The notes under the pieces are model-generated. The model saw nothing but the letters and a program-made list of their open reading frames with translations. It made no database searches and had not been told where the DNA came from. A stretch of 64,000 nucleotides of DNA from the NCBI RefSeq assembly GCF_037042905.1, contig NC_087258.1:558001-622000 (forward strand). The letters are read 5' to 3'. The stretch is from Lytechinus pictus. Lineage: Eukaryota. Position numbers and translations under genes: made by a program. This document shows, in pieces, positions 40,201 to 52,431 of the stretch (its first letter is position 1; each line of letters starts with the position of its first letter).

Positions 40201-40658
40201 CCTAATATTGTGGATATTACTTTTATTTGACGGCTAATACAATATAAAATAAAATAATGCAATCATATGTTCTACATGATCTATGTATCTGTTTTTTTTT
40301 CTAGTGACTATTTCCATTATCCCAATAAACTGTGTTCTCGCCTGTAACCTCAAATGCTTATTTTTTTTTATTGTGAAACATGTTTATTGATAAGCCACTC
40401 AATTGATTAGAGTAAACTTTATTACATTGTCTTGTGTCAACTTTTCAACTTTTTTACCAGCAATGTCTGATATCATTACCGAAAGATTGGAGTTAAATGA
40501 TAAATACGCCATAAACTCTTTCAAAATATAACTGATGATTGTAAAAAAAAAGACGGGGACATTTACGTTAATAACTTACCTCCTTTAGATTGCTGAATAA
40601 ATATAACTGCAAAAATAAAGTCAATTATAAACGAGCGAAATAATTTATTGCTCTTCAT
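30928..40658 (-). CDS. Gene C: membrane mucin, SP-CCP-CCP-Thr-rich stalk-SEA-linker-TM-acidic tail; 1192 aa
   Basis: Exons 40658-40580, 39546-39361, 38789-38583, 37577-35583, 35113-34928, 34340-34213, 33201-32976, 32497-32429, 31925-31744, 31248-30928. All GT-AG and phase-compatible. Confidence 0.85.
31744..31925 (-). CDS. Gene C exon: TM helix
   Basis: WQIVAYSMIGAVAFLLLVVILLVCCG; phase 1-0. Confidence 0.88.
32429..32497 (-). CDS. Gene C exon: juxtamembrane linker
   Basis: EISALTTIIPISTQPTEVTPKEP; 69 nt; phase 1-1. Confidence 0.7.
32976..33201 (-). CDS. Gene C exon: SEA second half with FTSGSII motif
   Basis: 226 nt, phase 0-1. Confidence 0.85.
34213..34340 (-). CDS. Gene C exon: SEA first half
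   Basis: SLSFLMVYEILEIDGNEVNFTDELTDPQSSLYQQLEAQICNL; 128 nt. Confidence 0.85.
34547..34700 (-). mobile_element. LINE (L2/CR1-group) ORF2 C-terminal fragment
   Basis: YGARAFSASAPSLWNNLPLKLRIIPSLDTFKSKLKS matches the typical GxRAFSxxAPxLWNxLP tail. Confidence 0.75.
34928..35113 (-). CDS. Gene C exon: short Thr/Lys-rich stalk exon
   Basis: 186 nt, phase 1-1, ctacag acceptor, gtatgt donor. Confidence 0.78.
35583..37577 (-). CDS. Gene C exon: 665-codon Thr/Ser/Pro-rich mucin stalk
   Basis: ORF 35359-37362 extends open to acceptor ttccag at 37578; donor gtaggc at 35582. Confidence 0.9.
37658..37990. mobile_element. Degenerate partial copy of the 60179-61112 element (its right end, inverted)
   Basis: GAAATCCATGTCATTTTCACCAAA and TCATGTGCTTGAT match the reverse complement of about 60990-61110. 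Confidence 0.6.
38583..38789 (-). CDS. Gene C exon: CCP2
   Basis: GCTAL...YDHNDIVVYECAEGYVDGTLVGPDQATCINGVWEPSLEPYCT; 207 nt. Confidence 0.88.
39361..39546 (-). CDS. Gene C exon: CCP1
   Basis: ECEAP...YSDWSYIQLTCDEMYSPSGSDYSYCYPQKGWDPDPSSFFCY; 186 nt. Confidence 0.88.
40580..40658 (-). CDS. Gene C exon: probable signal peptide
   Basis: MKSNKLFRSFIIDFIFAVIFIQQSKG; donor GAG/gtaagt; phase 1. Confidence 0.68.
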
Positions 40659-42180
40659 AACTGTTGCAATAAATGGCCGTTCAACTTGAGGAGTCCAAAG
40701 CGCCAACCACAAAGCGATCCAAATAAATCGTCAAATCCTGTCTTGAATTCTGGTATCAACTGGACAATTAAACCGATATTAACCAGGACGATTCCTAAAC
40801 TAGGTTAGAGATATGATGATTCTGAACAAACATGCCAATCGCCAAGTACTATTTTTACTTTTGTTACCAGAATGCCATTACCAAGAGAGTGTGAGCATAG
40901 AAGTAAGGGGTCGAATGATGCGTTTATGAAGTCAATGAAATATTTTGAACGGAACGATGATAGGAGAGATAGAAGTACAAAATGACAACATGATAGCCTT
41001 GAGCCCATGACACACTGGAAAGATCGATATCAATAGGGAAAAGGGGGTCGTTTAGAAATGACTCGTGTATGGTTATGATAGGATGAAAAGAAGCGAGTAC
41101 TCTTTGGTTGAGTCCTGTTTAGTGTTGTGCTTTAGACTGGTTCATACCCTTGGTTCCAGAACCATGATCAATTCAATTCCCAGCACATCACATCAGTCTG
41201 CACCGCTATCCCAATATCTTAATTTGGACATGTTGGATACAGTATTCGTAATATTGAATACTTATTAAATCAGACACAATAAGCTAGTTATAACTAGCAA
41301 GAGTGAAATTACATTTTTTAACATCAACAGATATTACCAGTTTGCATGATTTGTATACACTGAATAGTTTGGTTACTGATCATGATTTCCATTTAACCGG
41401 TATACCTTTTTTTTGCATTTTGTTTTAATTACTTTTCAGCTAAAACCATACGGTTTTTTTGCAAGTGCCTTGACCATAGATATGGCGATTGGGTATTGGT
41501 GGTATAGTGTGACTGGCGTCTCTGAATCACCTCGCTAATCAGGAGTGCCAATCAGCGACACACCTTGAGAAGTATTCAAGAAATCTGTTATGTCAATATA
41601 TCATTTGTAATCGATCAAACTCATATTCCTACAGTTCTAAAACACCAATAAGTAAACATTTCCACACCTCTCTGTAACGACTATATTGCATTTGACAAGT
41701 ATCAATACAAGGCAAATATATAATTCAAAACACCTTCGTGTAGTGCCCACTCATTCTGTTGCTTTTTAGAGAAAAATGAAGTAGCATCACTCTGTTTCCG
41801 GTATTTCACGGTGAATTGATCAGTACATGACAGCTTTCTGAAGAGTCGTAGACTGAATCGAATATTCCATTCTATTCAATTCAATTTGCATTTATTTCAT
41901 TCTCGATAAAAACAATTATAAAGCAAGGTATGAGAAACAATATATTTACAAGCAAGAGTAAAAAATGAAAATGAAATGGGGAACTGCATAAATAAAGCCA
42001 AGTGGCCTTATGTAAGCGCAGTTCCCTAAACATTGATAACATGACGTGGTATAGAGGAACAATAAGATAAATAATTAAACATGATATATAAACAACAAAC
42101 AAAAACACAAACAGAAAAACAACATAAAAAGGCATCAATCTACAAGAAAGAAATAACTTTACATATTTAAGATATAGGAA

Positions 42181-42358
42181 GGCTCGATAGCTCAGTCGGT
42201 AGAGCTAGGGATTCGTATTCCCACTTGGTGCGCTAGTGCCCTTTGGTAAGGCATTAATCCTCAGTACCAGGTCCTTCGGAGAAGATCTTAAGCCGTCGGT
42301 CCTCTGGTTGCTTGCTTACAAGCATTCATGCTTCCTTAGCAATCAGGTAAAAAATCAT
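42181..42358 (+). mobile_element. tRNA-derived SINE (internally deleted)
   Basis: A-box TAGCTCAGTCGGTAGAGC followed by a non-tRNA body. Confidence 0.6.
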
Positions 42359-43996
42359 GACCTAACAGACCTGCTTTCAATTACATCTCTAGGGGGAGTT
42401 CCAAATTACAGGGAAATTATGTCGTACACATTTCATTACTCTTAATGAGTAATTATTTCATTTCACGTGAAGCTTTTTTTCTCAAGTTTGGTTTTTATCA
42501 TATTTACATTTATTGTCCCCTCGTTTTTAAAAAATCATTTTAGGGCTACCATTGGCACGTAACTGGGACAGATATCTCGAACCTATTAGACATTAAGATC
42601 AAATCTTAGGTTCGACTGTCGTTGCAGCAACTTACACATTCCACTGGTTATAGTTAGTTATTCCGCAAATATACAGTATAAGGTTTGCATTTTTTTTTTC
42701 TTATTATGTTTTTTTTCATCATATTTAACCATATTTAATTTTCGGTCTATTAAACCCTATTCAATTGTCTGATATTCTTTGTAGGGTCCATTGTCTGAGT
42801 AACAAACATTCGGGATACCTCATCCTATTCTCTGTCCGGAATAATCTACAAATAGCCGTATCAATGAACTTTTTCTTTTCTTGTTTAGACTAACGAACAT
42901 ATATATATATATATTCGTATACTCTGTGCAATTTGCAAGTATCGGAACAACGAACCTTTGGAATAACGAGTGCCATTCATTTCTTTTACCAGACTTGCCG
43001 ACCCAAACTCTGAACACATCGCAGATTTCAGTAAATCCAATACAAGTTACAATTTCATTGTCAGCTAGCAATACCCCCTCTAATATGCCTCAATTGAGCA
43101 TTGTGTGTATAGTATCATATGCGTAATGGAAGTTTTAAATAACATTCATCTTCAATAATTATGTAGCCCTTAAAGGACGTACGATTGTAGTAGCATTTCA
43201 ATTATGATAACTGCCGTGGTAACAGGTCTCAACCACGAACCAAGAACAAAATGTTTCTATGGTAAATTTACCATATTTGTAAATCTTTACGAAATTGGAC
43301 CAGTTATTGGCGCACAATTATCCACAATCTTCTCAATTTCGTATACATCCAAAATACGAGCGATTTGGACCTGTTTGATATTGATGGGAATTACAACAAT
43401 GTTTTTTAAACATGTTAAACAAAATCTTAGTACCATCTCATCTATCTTTTATTCGTTCTCCACTTTTTCTCTGTTACTCTCATATTCACTCTATATATAT
43501 CTCTCTCTTTCACACCTACCTAAACACACACGTACACCCCACACACATATTCTCCATGCTTTGTTTGTACCCTTGTTACCCCACCATACCTCTTTCCTCA
43601 CCAATATACCCCCTCTCCCCTTCTTTACACGATTTGCTATATCGCTATTTATCGTTCCTTGATCTATTTCACCCATCATTTTTTATTCATCTATATACTC
43701 ATTTCCGATCCAGTTATGTATAAAATTAATGTATATCACCTCCATAACATACAGGTAAGTATGCATTACGCTGCACGCTTATTACTCAATAAAACGTCCT
43801 TGAATCGAAAAAAACAACAAAGAAATCATAACATGTTCTAACTGCAATGCAAGTTATTCAAATTTCATTTTTTTATTACCAAATATTAAACAGTACTATC
43901 TCATACAACAAGGAAAATAAGTGATATATCAAACTTCGATGCACTATATCATTATTGTAGTTGAACTTTGGGAATGCTTCCTCGTCGTGAAATTAC

Positions 43997-44298
43997 TAGA
44001 GAGTTTTCGCATTTACTACGGAGCCGCTCTCTAAAACGCACCAGTTCCTTTGAAAATGCAAGTCAGATCACATTGGAGAGCTGGGAAACTTTTATTGAAA
44101 GTTGGCGGACCGGCGTTATCAGAAGGTTTGCACCGAACAAACAATTTCAAATATATCGTTGTCAGGAGTCAAGACACTACGCTGCTGTTCCCGGTCAACC
44201 AACTTTCGATAAAATCCTCTCCATTGTGATTTGACTTATTTCCAAATGAATTGATGCGTTGTAGAGAGCGGCTCCGTAGTAAATGCGAAAACTCTCTA
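43997..44298. mobile_element. Palindromic MITE with long TIRs
   Basis: TAGAGAGTTTTCGCATTTACTACGGAGCCGCTCTCTA and its exact reverse complement at the other end. Confidence 0.8.
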
Positions 44299-45108
44299 CT
44301 CTCAGTAATGAACACAATGTGTGATATCATCACAGAATAATATATGATATAAGGGATTGGGAGGGAGTGTAGCGACTGAGCAAGAATCAATCTTTAGCAA
44401 TCAGCATACGTGGTGTATGAAACATGACTTTTATGTACGACATTTAAGTGATTAGGTAAGAATGCATTGTGTGAAGTTACAATCTGTATACAGCGAGAGA
44501 GAGAGAGAGAGGAGGGGGGGGGGGAGATGGAGTAACTAGTGAGTAAGAAAAGGTCGGAGATGGGAATAATGCAATATCGGTTACCTTATAACAATATAAT
44601 ACATTGTGTGACAGCAATTGCCTTGGATTGCTTTTCTTGTCAATGATTGAATATGCAATAGTCTACTGATACATGTGTCAAAAGTATATGTAAATGCATG
44701 AATTATTGACAATAAAAATGAGTTACAACAATATCAAGTCAATAATTGAAGCATACTCTAAATGCAAAAGAGCTGATCTAGTCCCGAATCACACTCCTCT
44801 CATAGCATGCATAGTGAGACTGGGTTTGGACTGGGATTGGCATCTTTTGAGAGTGCATGATAGCCCCTTTGGGAGTGAAAATTACTAAACATACACTGTT
44901 CACTCTAACTAGGAGCAGCTATAATGCACTATCAAAAGATGAGTGGCCCTTCGTCTCACCAGATTAGCCCTTCTGCGTTTAGATAAGTTTCAAGTAGCAA
45001 GGCTGTGTTTCCAATATATAATATCGTCCAGAATTTTTACTTTTGACAAAGTAGAAAGCTATTGTGAACCTTTCCCAAATATTGTTAGAATACATCAACG
45101 TGACGCAA

Positions 45109-45311
45109 CTAGGTGCACACAACCTTCCGATCGGGTAGCCATTTTCCTTTAACACATCTCTGCGTGGTTGGTCCAACCAATACCTTTCCAGTAGGACAAG
45201 AGTTACTAATGACGGCATTGAATCGGGAAATCTTCGCATCTCCTTCAACGCTCGTCTTCCGTAGAGGGCGTGACTCGACCAATGCGTCGTGGGCTGGGAG
45301 ATGGCAGTTCT
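45109..45311 (-). CDS. Gene B terminal exon: basic CCP4 plus stop
   Basis: NCHLP...SCPTGKVLVGPTTQRCVKGKWLPDRKVVCT-TAG. Confidence 0.82.
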
Positions 45312-48300
45312 CTGTAATATGAAATATATAGATGTGGAATACATTGGACATTTCATTTCCTGCATCCAAAAAGTACACCCAGTTGTGTTCCTGGAAAGGT
45401 GCCCCCTTCCCGACACCATCTTGATTTCTTATTTTTTGGTTTGCTTAACAAAAAAAAAACTGTTATGCCATCGACCCTTTCCCCTGACGACATTTCCGTA
45501 AGTACGTCAGAAAGGGGACCTCTATGCCTCATTTTCATTATTTAGTGTTGTATTTCGCCTTACATAATAACTTTTTTTGAAAATCTGATATCTAAGAATA
45601 AGCTACTAGAATAAAGGAATTTGCAAAGTTTTAATTAATCTAGCAAGGATAAATTATGAAAAGTTTTCATTTACTGTTTATAGATGAATGGTAAATTATC
45701 TCATAGAACAAAATGTCCTGTGAAAGATCTTATGCAGTAAGATATTTGTATTGTTAAAAGTATAAAATTCTGTTCCATGCATTTCTTGCTTCCCTTTCTC
45801 CTATTAAATGGTGAAATCCAAGTTCTTATGCATAAATCGGGACGAAGGAAAATGTTTTGATTTTTGTACAAATCTTCGTAATCATGTTCATGTACAAGTA
45901 CTAGTTTTAAAAGGAGGGGTGTTCGAAGGGCTATCATTATAAGAGGTTACATCACCGCACGTGTACGTTGCAATACAAGTGATTGAAGTCTAATTTAATA
46001 TTCACAAAGGAGCAATCACATATTGATATAATAGTCACAACTTACAAAATTAAAAACAAATTAACTAATGATGTACATTTCATACTATTTAATTTTCAAC
46101 AAAAAAAACATAGAAATGTTTCACGTATTCCTGTTCCTCCCTATTCACCCAATCATATATTCCAAATCTTACCACGGCACATCATCTTTGTAGGGTCTGG
46201 TATCCACTCGCCGTTCTCTTTACAATAGGTAACGTTTGTTCCTACAGCAGTATACCTGACGTCATCAGAACATGATAAAATCACTTCGTCGTTGGTGGCG
46301 TAGGTCTGCCGATTTGGAGAAAGTTTGATGACCTTTGGATCCGATACAAGAGGAGGTGTACAGTCTGGTTGGGTCATGTGATTAGGAAATAATGTGAGAA
46401 AATATATTACTTTTAATTTGAATATTTTTGTAGAAAGTGCGGTAAACAGAGCTCACTAATATTGACCTGACTCAAATCTTTTTAATCATGATGCAATGAT
46501 GATGATGATAATATTATTATTATTAAAAATAATAACATTTATAATAATGATTACTAGCATGATAATAATTATGATACTTAGGAAATCATAATATCAATAA
46601 AATACTACTACTACTACACATATACTGTACTACTAGTATTAGGCCTAATATTAATAATAATAAAATATCATGTTTTGCAAGTAAAAAAAAATCGCGATTT
46701 ACAATGTTTTATACTTGAAATCATCGTAGTAAAATAATCAGTAATTTAAAGTTGGTCTTAGCACGATGTATAGTAATTGTGACAGAAAAATTGAAAGCGA
46801 TATACACCGTTAAAATGGAAATACAAACCACCTACGATTGCATGAAGGCATTGCTGCAGGTACCCATAATCCATTTTCACACGTTGCTTCATTTGGTCCC
46901 ACGAGGTTAGCACTGATTCCCTCCGCGCATGCGTACTGAATTACATCCTCATGATTATACACAGATTGTGTTGATTCCGAGTCATGACCAAACGGAAAAT
47001 GCACGACATTTGGTCCTACGTCAGGTTCAGCACAATTGGCTTTATTTTGGAAGAAAAATAAATACAAATAAAACTGAATAATTAGAGGGTAGGGGTTTAT
47101 TGAAGGCACTTCCTTTTGCGCGTTCATAGGGTATATTTGGTGACCTAAGAAAGCACTGCTGGGAGTACATCTAATGCTGAATACAAGGGTTATGAAATGG
47201 TGACATTCTTTGACACGATGGCAGATGGATATGTAACAAGGCTTCCATTGCCTCCCCCCCCCCAAAAAAAAAAAAAAAAATCTTCTCTGGATAATGCACA
47301 ATACGTTTTACATATCCTAATCGTAGGCCCATGAATTTGAAACATCACTTCTTTATGACCTCTGTATTGTAGCACACCTCTATTAATAATTATTATTATA
47401 TTAGGCCTATGAATTACTATATGTACACTCGCTAGGGGGAGGTACACATGAAATCATTTAAAAAAATCCAACAAACAAGAAATAATCTCAGAAAATAAAG
47501 AGGCAGAACATTATAAAACATATTTGAAACATATGAAGAACTGTCTCCAAGACTGACAAAATATGGGCTAAGGGTTGATGGAAAAACCAGTCGAATTGTT
47601 CTACCCATTAAAAATATGTTCTGGGCTGAGAATATTTATACATGTACCTAAATAAAATTAGTAAAATTCACAGGGCAAAATGCTGAAAATCTAAGAAAAA
47701 TCGGATAACAAATAACGTCATTGAATTCTAAAGATTTGCATTATTCCGGTGAAACAGTTCTAGACATGTCTTCATAAATATTCATTACGTGGGCTGATGA
47801 TGTCACATTCCCACTTTCCTTTTGTCTATGTTATAACATGAAATAATAATTGTTTCATTTTCATAAAATAATGTGTAAATGATGTGTCTCCATTATTATG
47901 ATATAAGTTGCAGCAAGAAATAATTAACATGACTAATGCACTTAATCAGTTATCAATCCAATTATTGAAGTTCTATGTAGAAAATTTTTAATAAACCTAT
48001 CGAATTTCATATGTAGAAATACAAAACAACAAGTTCGTTATCCGATTTTCATCAAATTTTTAGCATTTTTTCCTTGTGAATTTTACTCTATTTTTTTTAA
48101 ATATAAATGTATTCAGCCCGGAGCATCCTTTTATGGCACTCCTAGTGTTTGATTTAGATTTTGCAGGGTTTAACAAAACTTCATTCATTGGCGTGATCAT
48201 ATCATCTATAATCGACATGTACTTTCCTTACCCATACATATGGCATTATCTGGACTTGGGTCCCATACACCACCTTCCATACAGTACGAGTATTGACTTC

Positions 48301-49765
48301 CAACGTGACTGTATCCACCATCACATGAGAATGTGATTTTTGACCAAAGCGGGTAAGATGTTTCGCTGGGAGAAGTGATGACGTTGGATAACGTTACTGG
48401 TAGTCCACATTCTGAAAAAGGCAATTTCAAAATTAGGAAGTAAAAAGTTACATTTTATCCTTTCCACATTTTGCAGGAAATTGTAAAGAAAACAGGTAAC
48501 CACTTCAAACAAGGTTCTACTACATACGTGCTGCGCTAATGTATTTTTTTAAGAAGAGGCGGGAGGGGGGGGGGGGTAGAGGCTGCACGCCAACCTAAAC
48601 TTTATGTTTAAATATTTATATCTCTCTCAAAATGTATCTAACATAAAAATCCAGAGGTCTCTGCTGCTGCTACTACTGATATGACTAACGTTCTAATTCT
48701 ATCATCAAACAAATTTGTTCATTTCATTGTAACCTGTCATTTAAATACCAATAAGTTGTCAGGGAATGGTTTCTGTCAAGTTTGCCGTCAAAACAATGGA
48801 ATACCTTTGATTCAACTTTAGCGAGTAAAATGTTATCAGGGACCTTCCAGGTAAGGTTTAACTTAAATTATCAAGAATCATAGTGTTTCATAAACTTTCA
48901 AAAAAAGTTTATTTCAGTAAAGCTTTTGTTCATGGACCCGGGTTCGGTGTTAATTGTGTTAAAAGGATCTGAATTTTAATGAGCAGAGAAAACAATTCTT
49001 TCATGGGCAAATAATATACAAACGAAATGAGTTAAGAAGAATTATGAAAATCCTTAATAAACAAATAAAAATTATCCTGATGTAACAAAAATATTATATC
49101 ATTGCAATTATTGAGACGAACTGCTTTCTTCCTGCATGTCCTATAACATGTGGAAAGACATTTTTGTTTAGTTTGTACTGATTATGTGTAAGATAAGATG
49201 GTACTTCTGTACTACGCCAAAGAATTTCACCTTATTCCACCCAATTATGTCCCTCTCCCCTTAACAAATTCTATATATATATAAAAAACCACATACATTC
49301 GGGAAAAATAATGAATAAAATAGGCATCGTTACATTGTTACTCATATAATATCGCCATGACAAATCTGTAGAAAATGAACATTGATTTGATTGGAAGCAT
49401 TAATTTAAATGTTATTCATGCGGATGTTTTAGGACAATAGTGAACAGTAACCCTTTGCTCAGTATACATTGTCATTTTCAATTATCGAATATATTGATAA
49501 TACCAGGGTATGGAAAGCCTGTGAATGAAACTTGGTCAATTTAGATTTTAAAAAATGAAGAAGCCCATGTGTAAAGGCATTTGCAATACTACCCCAAGCA
49601 AGCAAAATTATCGTGTTTGAATCAAGTACAGACTACATTCTACGGGATATTTTTATTTTTTTAAATAAATACAACCAATTATAGATTCGCAAAGTTCTTA
49701 CCTGGTACAGGCGATCCCAAAGCGATTGAAAGAGTGAAGAATGTGATAAATAGATTGAGCTCCAT
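45109..49765 (-). CDS. Gene B: secreted protein of signal peptide plus four Sushi/CCP domains, 280 aa
   Basis: Exons 49765-49702, 48411-48232, 47039-46836, 46364-46173, 45311-45109. ACCATGG start context; TAG follows one residue after the last Cys; no TM or GPI segment. Confidence 0.8.
46173..46364 (-). CDS. Gene B exon: CCP3
   Basis: CTPP...YATNDEVILSCSDDVRYTAVGTNVTYCKENGEWIPDPTKMMCR; 192 nt. Confidence 0.85.
46836..47039 (-). CDS. Gene B exon: CCP2
   Basis: NCAEP...YNHEDVIQYACAEGISANLVGPNEATCENGLWVPAAMPSCN; 204 nt. Confidence 0.88.
47608..48133. mobile_element. Degenerate TTAA-type non-autonomous element
   Basis: Ends ATGTTCTGGGCTGA / TCAGCCCGGAGCAT; body resembles the 11 kb family. Confidence 0.5.
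48232..48411 (-). CDS. Gene B exon: CCP1
   Basis: ECGLP...YPLWSKITFSCDGGYSHVGSQYSYCMEGGVWDPSPDNAICM; 180 nt. Confidence 0.88.
49702..49765 (-). CDS. Gene B exon: signal peptide
   Basis: MELNLFITFFTLSIALGSPVP; donor CAG/gtaaga; phase 1. Confidence 0.75.
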
Positions 49766-50536
49766 GGTAGATGACAAAACCTGTATTATTGCATTGATAT
49801 TCGCAAAATGAAATTATTGTCTGATTGATGTTTTTCCTGACTCAGAGTCAGGTCAAAGGGCGAATATAGCCGGATGCATTTTTATGTTCGTATTGGTATT
49901 TGTATCGGCATAGATAATAATAACAGAAAAAGACGCAGTATTATACTATGGAACGGGCGAGGTATTTAATGGCAAGATTAATGGTTAACGCGACTACAAA
50001 CAAAACAAGAGAGAAGTTATGCATGCCCTGATCAAAGATCAACATGGTCACCCCAAAGTGTGGATTAATTGAAGATACTTGTTTGCTCTATGACGAGAAA
50101 ATACGCAAATCTACTTAACCATTTACCCAACCCTAATTTGTTAGAAACAATGGAGAGACTTTGATTTTTATTTAATACGTGTCGTAAACGTAGTAAAAAT
50201 CAATATTAACACTGAAATCACTGAATGATTTGGGAGCCATATCATATTTTTAGTGGAAAATGTTGTACATACACAAGTGTACACCTATTTTCTATTTCTG
50301 ATATTAATAGATAACCATCATTCGGGAAGGAAGACCTTTTAGTTTCATTTGCATTTTTTAAAAGAAACTCCCCCACCCCCTCGGAAAATCATGGATCAGC
50401 CTCTGAAATACAATGACGTACAGAGCCTATCGAAAGCAAGCGGTAGAAAGTATACGAATAGGACCACAAACTTTTAAAACAAATGATATATGATTTTAAT
50501 AATCTGACAAACGGAATACATTTGACAAGAATGACG

Positions 50537-50778
50537 CACTGCAAAAACTCCGGTGTTGATTTAACGCCAGCCCGGAATCTACATATGTCCACACCAGAGA
50601 AGTATTGAAACAACACCAGTTTGGAATCAAACCGATGCTGTCTTAATACTAACTGCTGTTGTATAAACACCTATCTGGTGTTAGACCAAAACGAAACTGG
50701 TTTTGTTTAACACTTCTCTGGTGTGGACATATATAGATTCAGGGCTGGTGTTAAATCAACACCGGAGTTTTTGCAGTG
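50537..50778. mobile_element. CACTG-ended palindromic MITE with 2-bp CG target duplication
   Basis: CG-CACTGCAAAAACTCCGGTGTTGATTTAAC...GTTAAATCAACACCGGAGTTTTTGCAGTG-CG. Confidence 0.85.
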
Positions 50779-52344
50779 CGGCAATGCAGTTAAATAAATA
50801 TATATGTACATCATTAAGTTGAAACTTTATTCTAAATTATATTTCATCAATTTTATATCTGCCACCTTTTCTGTCAACTCAAGAAATATGGACACATGAG
50901 TGTCAACATGGTCAATAATTTATCGTTTGCACTTTACTCTTTACAATATAATGTGGGTACGCCGAATTATCTCCTCTAAACATTAAATCATTAAAAGCAA
51001 CATGCAAACTGTACTTCATTATATCTTTTGTATGATCATTATTCTTTTCAAAATACACAGAAATGATAAGCGATGTTTTTAATTTGTTTATTCATTTATC
51101 AAATCAATTTTAAAAACTTAAAAAGCAAAATGTTGCTCTCAAAATTTTCAGAGGACTTCTGCTTATTAAAAAGATATATCGTATTTCTTTGTCTGTACAC
51201 AGATGAGTAGCTTACATAATCAAGGATTATACACAAAGGAACAACTTTGAAAAAAAATATAGCGTTTAAGTAGTTATCATTATTTTTTTTTCAAATCTAA
51301 GGAAATGTATAGTAGTCAAAACATACATTCGCAGCGGACAAGGAATATTGCACTCTATTGAAACACTTTTGGCTTGAAGAACATTAAAACTTAATTCAAA
51401 AGTCATAATGAGTAACCAATTACATATAAGATAATAGCAAATGATGGTCATATAGTATAAAAATATAACGTATATGATCCCAATAAGAAATATTGGGAAA
51501 AATGCCTCTACATTTAAACGTTTTTATTTTTTTCTGTCATTGTATTCTTCAAATCATATTGGCTGTTTAAAAAATTGATAAAGCCGCCTTGGCTTGCCTT
51601 GACTAATTCATTGACCTACTGCAACTTAGTAGGTCCATGGCCCGCAAATCATGTTGTTGTCATGTCCTTTGGCAGAAGAACACCACTGTCATAAAATTTT
51701 AGTTTACATTTATGAGAGTTCTGGAGGGGGAAATACATTTAAAAATAGTAGCTGCTGTACACGTTTCGTTTTATATAAACTAAATTTTGCATTGTTTTTA
51801 AATATAAACAACAGTATCGAGTCATTGCGGTTGAAAATATGAGAAGACATTATATTTTCATATCACACAATGTTACGATACAATCTATTCCATTAACAAT
51901 AAAACAATATATTTCACTTCATCATTTCCATACCGTCAGGATAGTAATTAAATCAGATACGAGCCAGTCGCCATCTCAAGTCTGGCAAGTTTTCCAACCC
52001 ATAATGCAACACTCTGAGCAGTGTAATCTTGTAATTGAGGCCCATTAGAACGATATCACATTGTTTCACTACTCAAAAATTACCTGTTAACAAACAGGTA
52101 AACAAGTGCTTAGCTCTTCTGTACTTGTAAAGTTGTCAGAGAACTTACATTTTTTGTTTATATTTGTTAATAAATTTAACATTTTCAGCCTGCAAGCTGC
52201 CTGTTCGATGCTGTTTTTAATAAACCAGTTAAATTTAAATAAAAAGACTAGGTATTAATGGCACTGTGAATTAAAGACTACATGCAGTTCGCTCCATCTC
52301 TTAGTCTGCTCGACTGTGAACTGATGATTCAGATGCCATTGTGA

Positions 52345-52431
52345 TCATAATGCTGTATCCTCGACAGAGTCTGCTGTTGACTCGTCAATTGATTCGTTAA
52401 AAGACGTGTAGTAGCCGCGATATGCCTCCAA
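52345..52431 (-). CDS. Gene A terminal exon: cytoplasmic tail ending DTAL
   Basis: tttag acceptor, phase 0; LEAYRGYYTSFNESIDESTADSVEDTAL-TGA. An N gap lies in the preceding intron. Confidence 0.7.
   Translation of the reverse strand: MEAYRGYYTSFNESIDESTADSVEDTAL

Noticed and set aside
49838-49863. AP-1 site TGACTCA and DR1-like AGGTCAAAGGGCG near the gene B start
   Set aside because: Short motifs occur by chance, and an acceptor-like AG just upstream of the ATG suggests the promoter may lie elsewhere.
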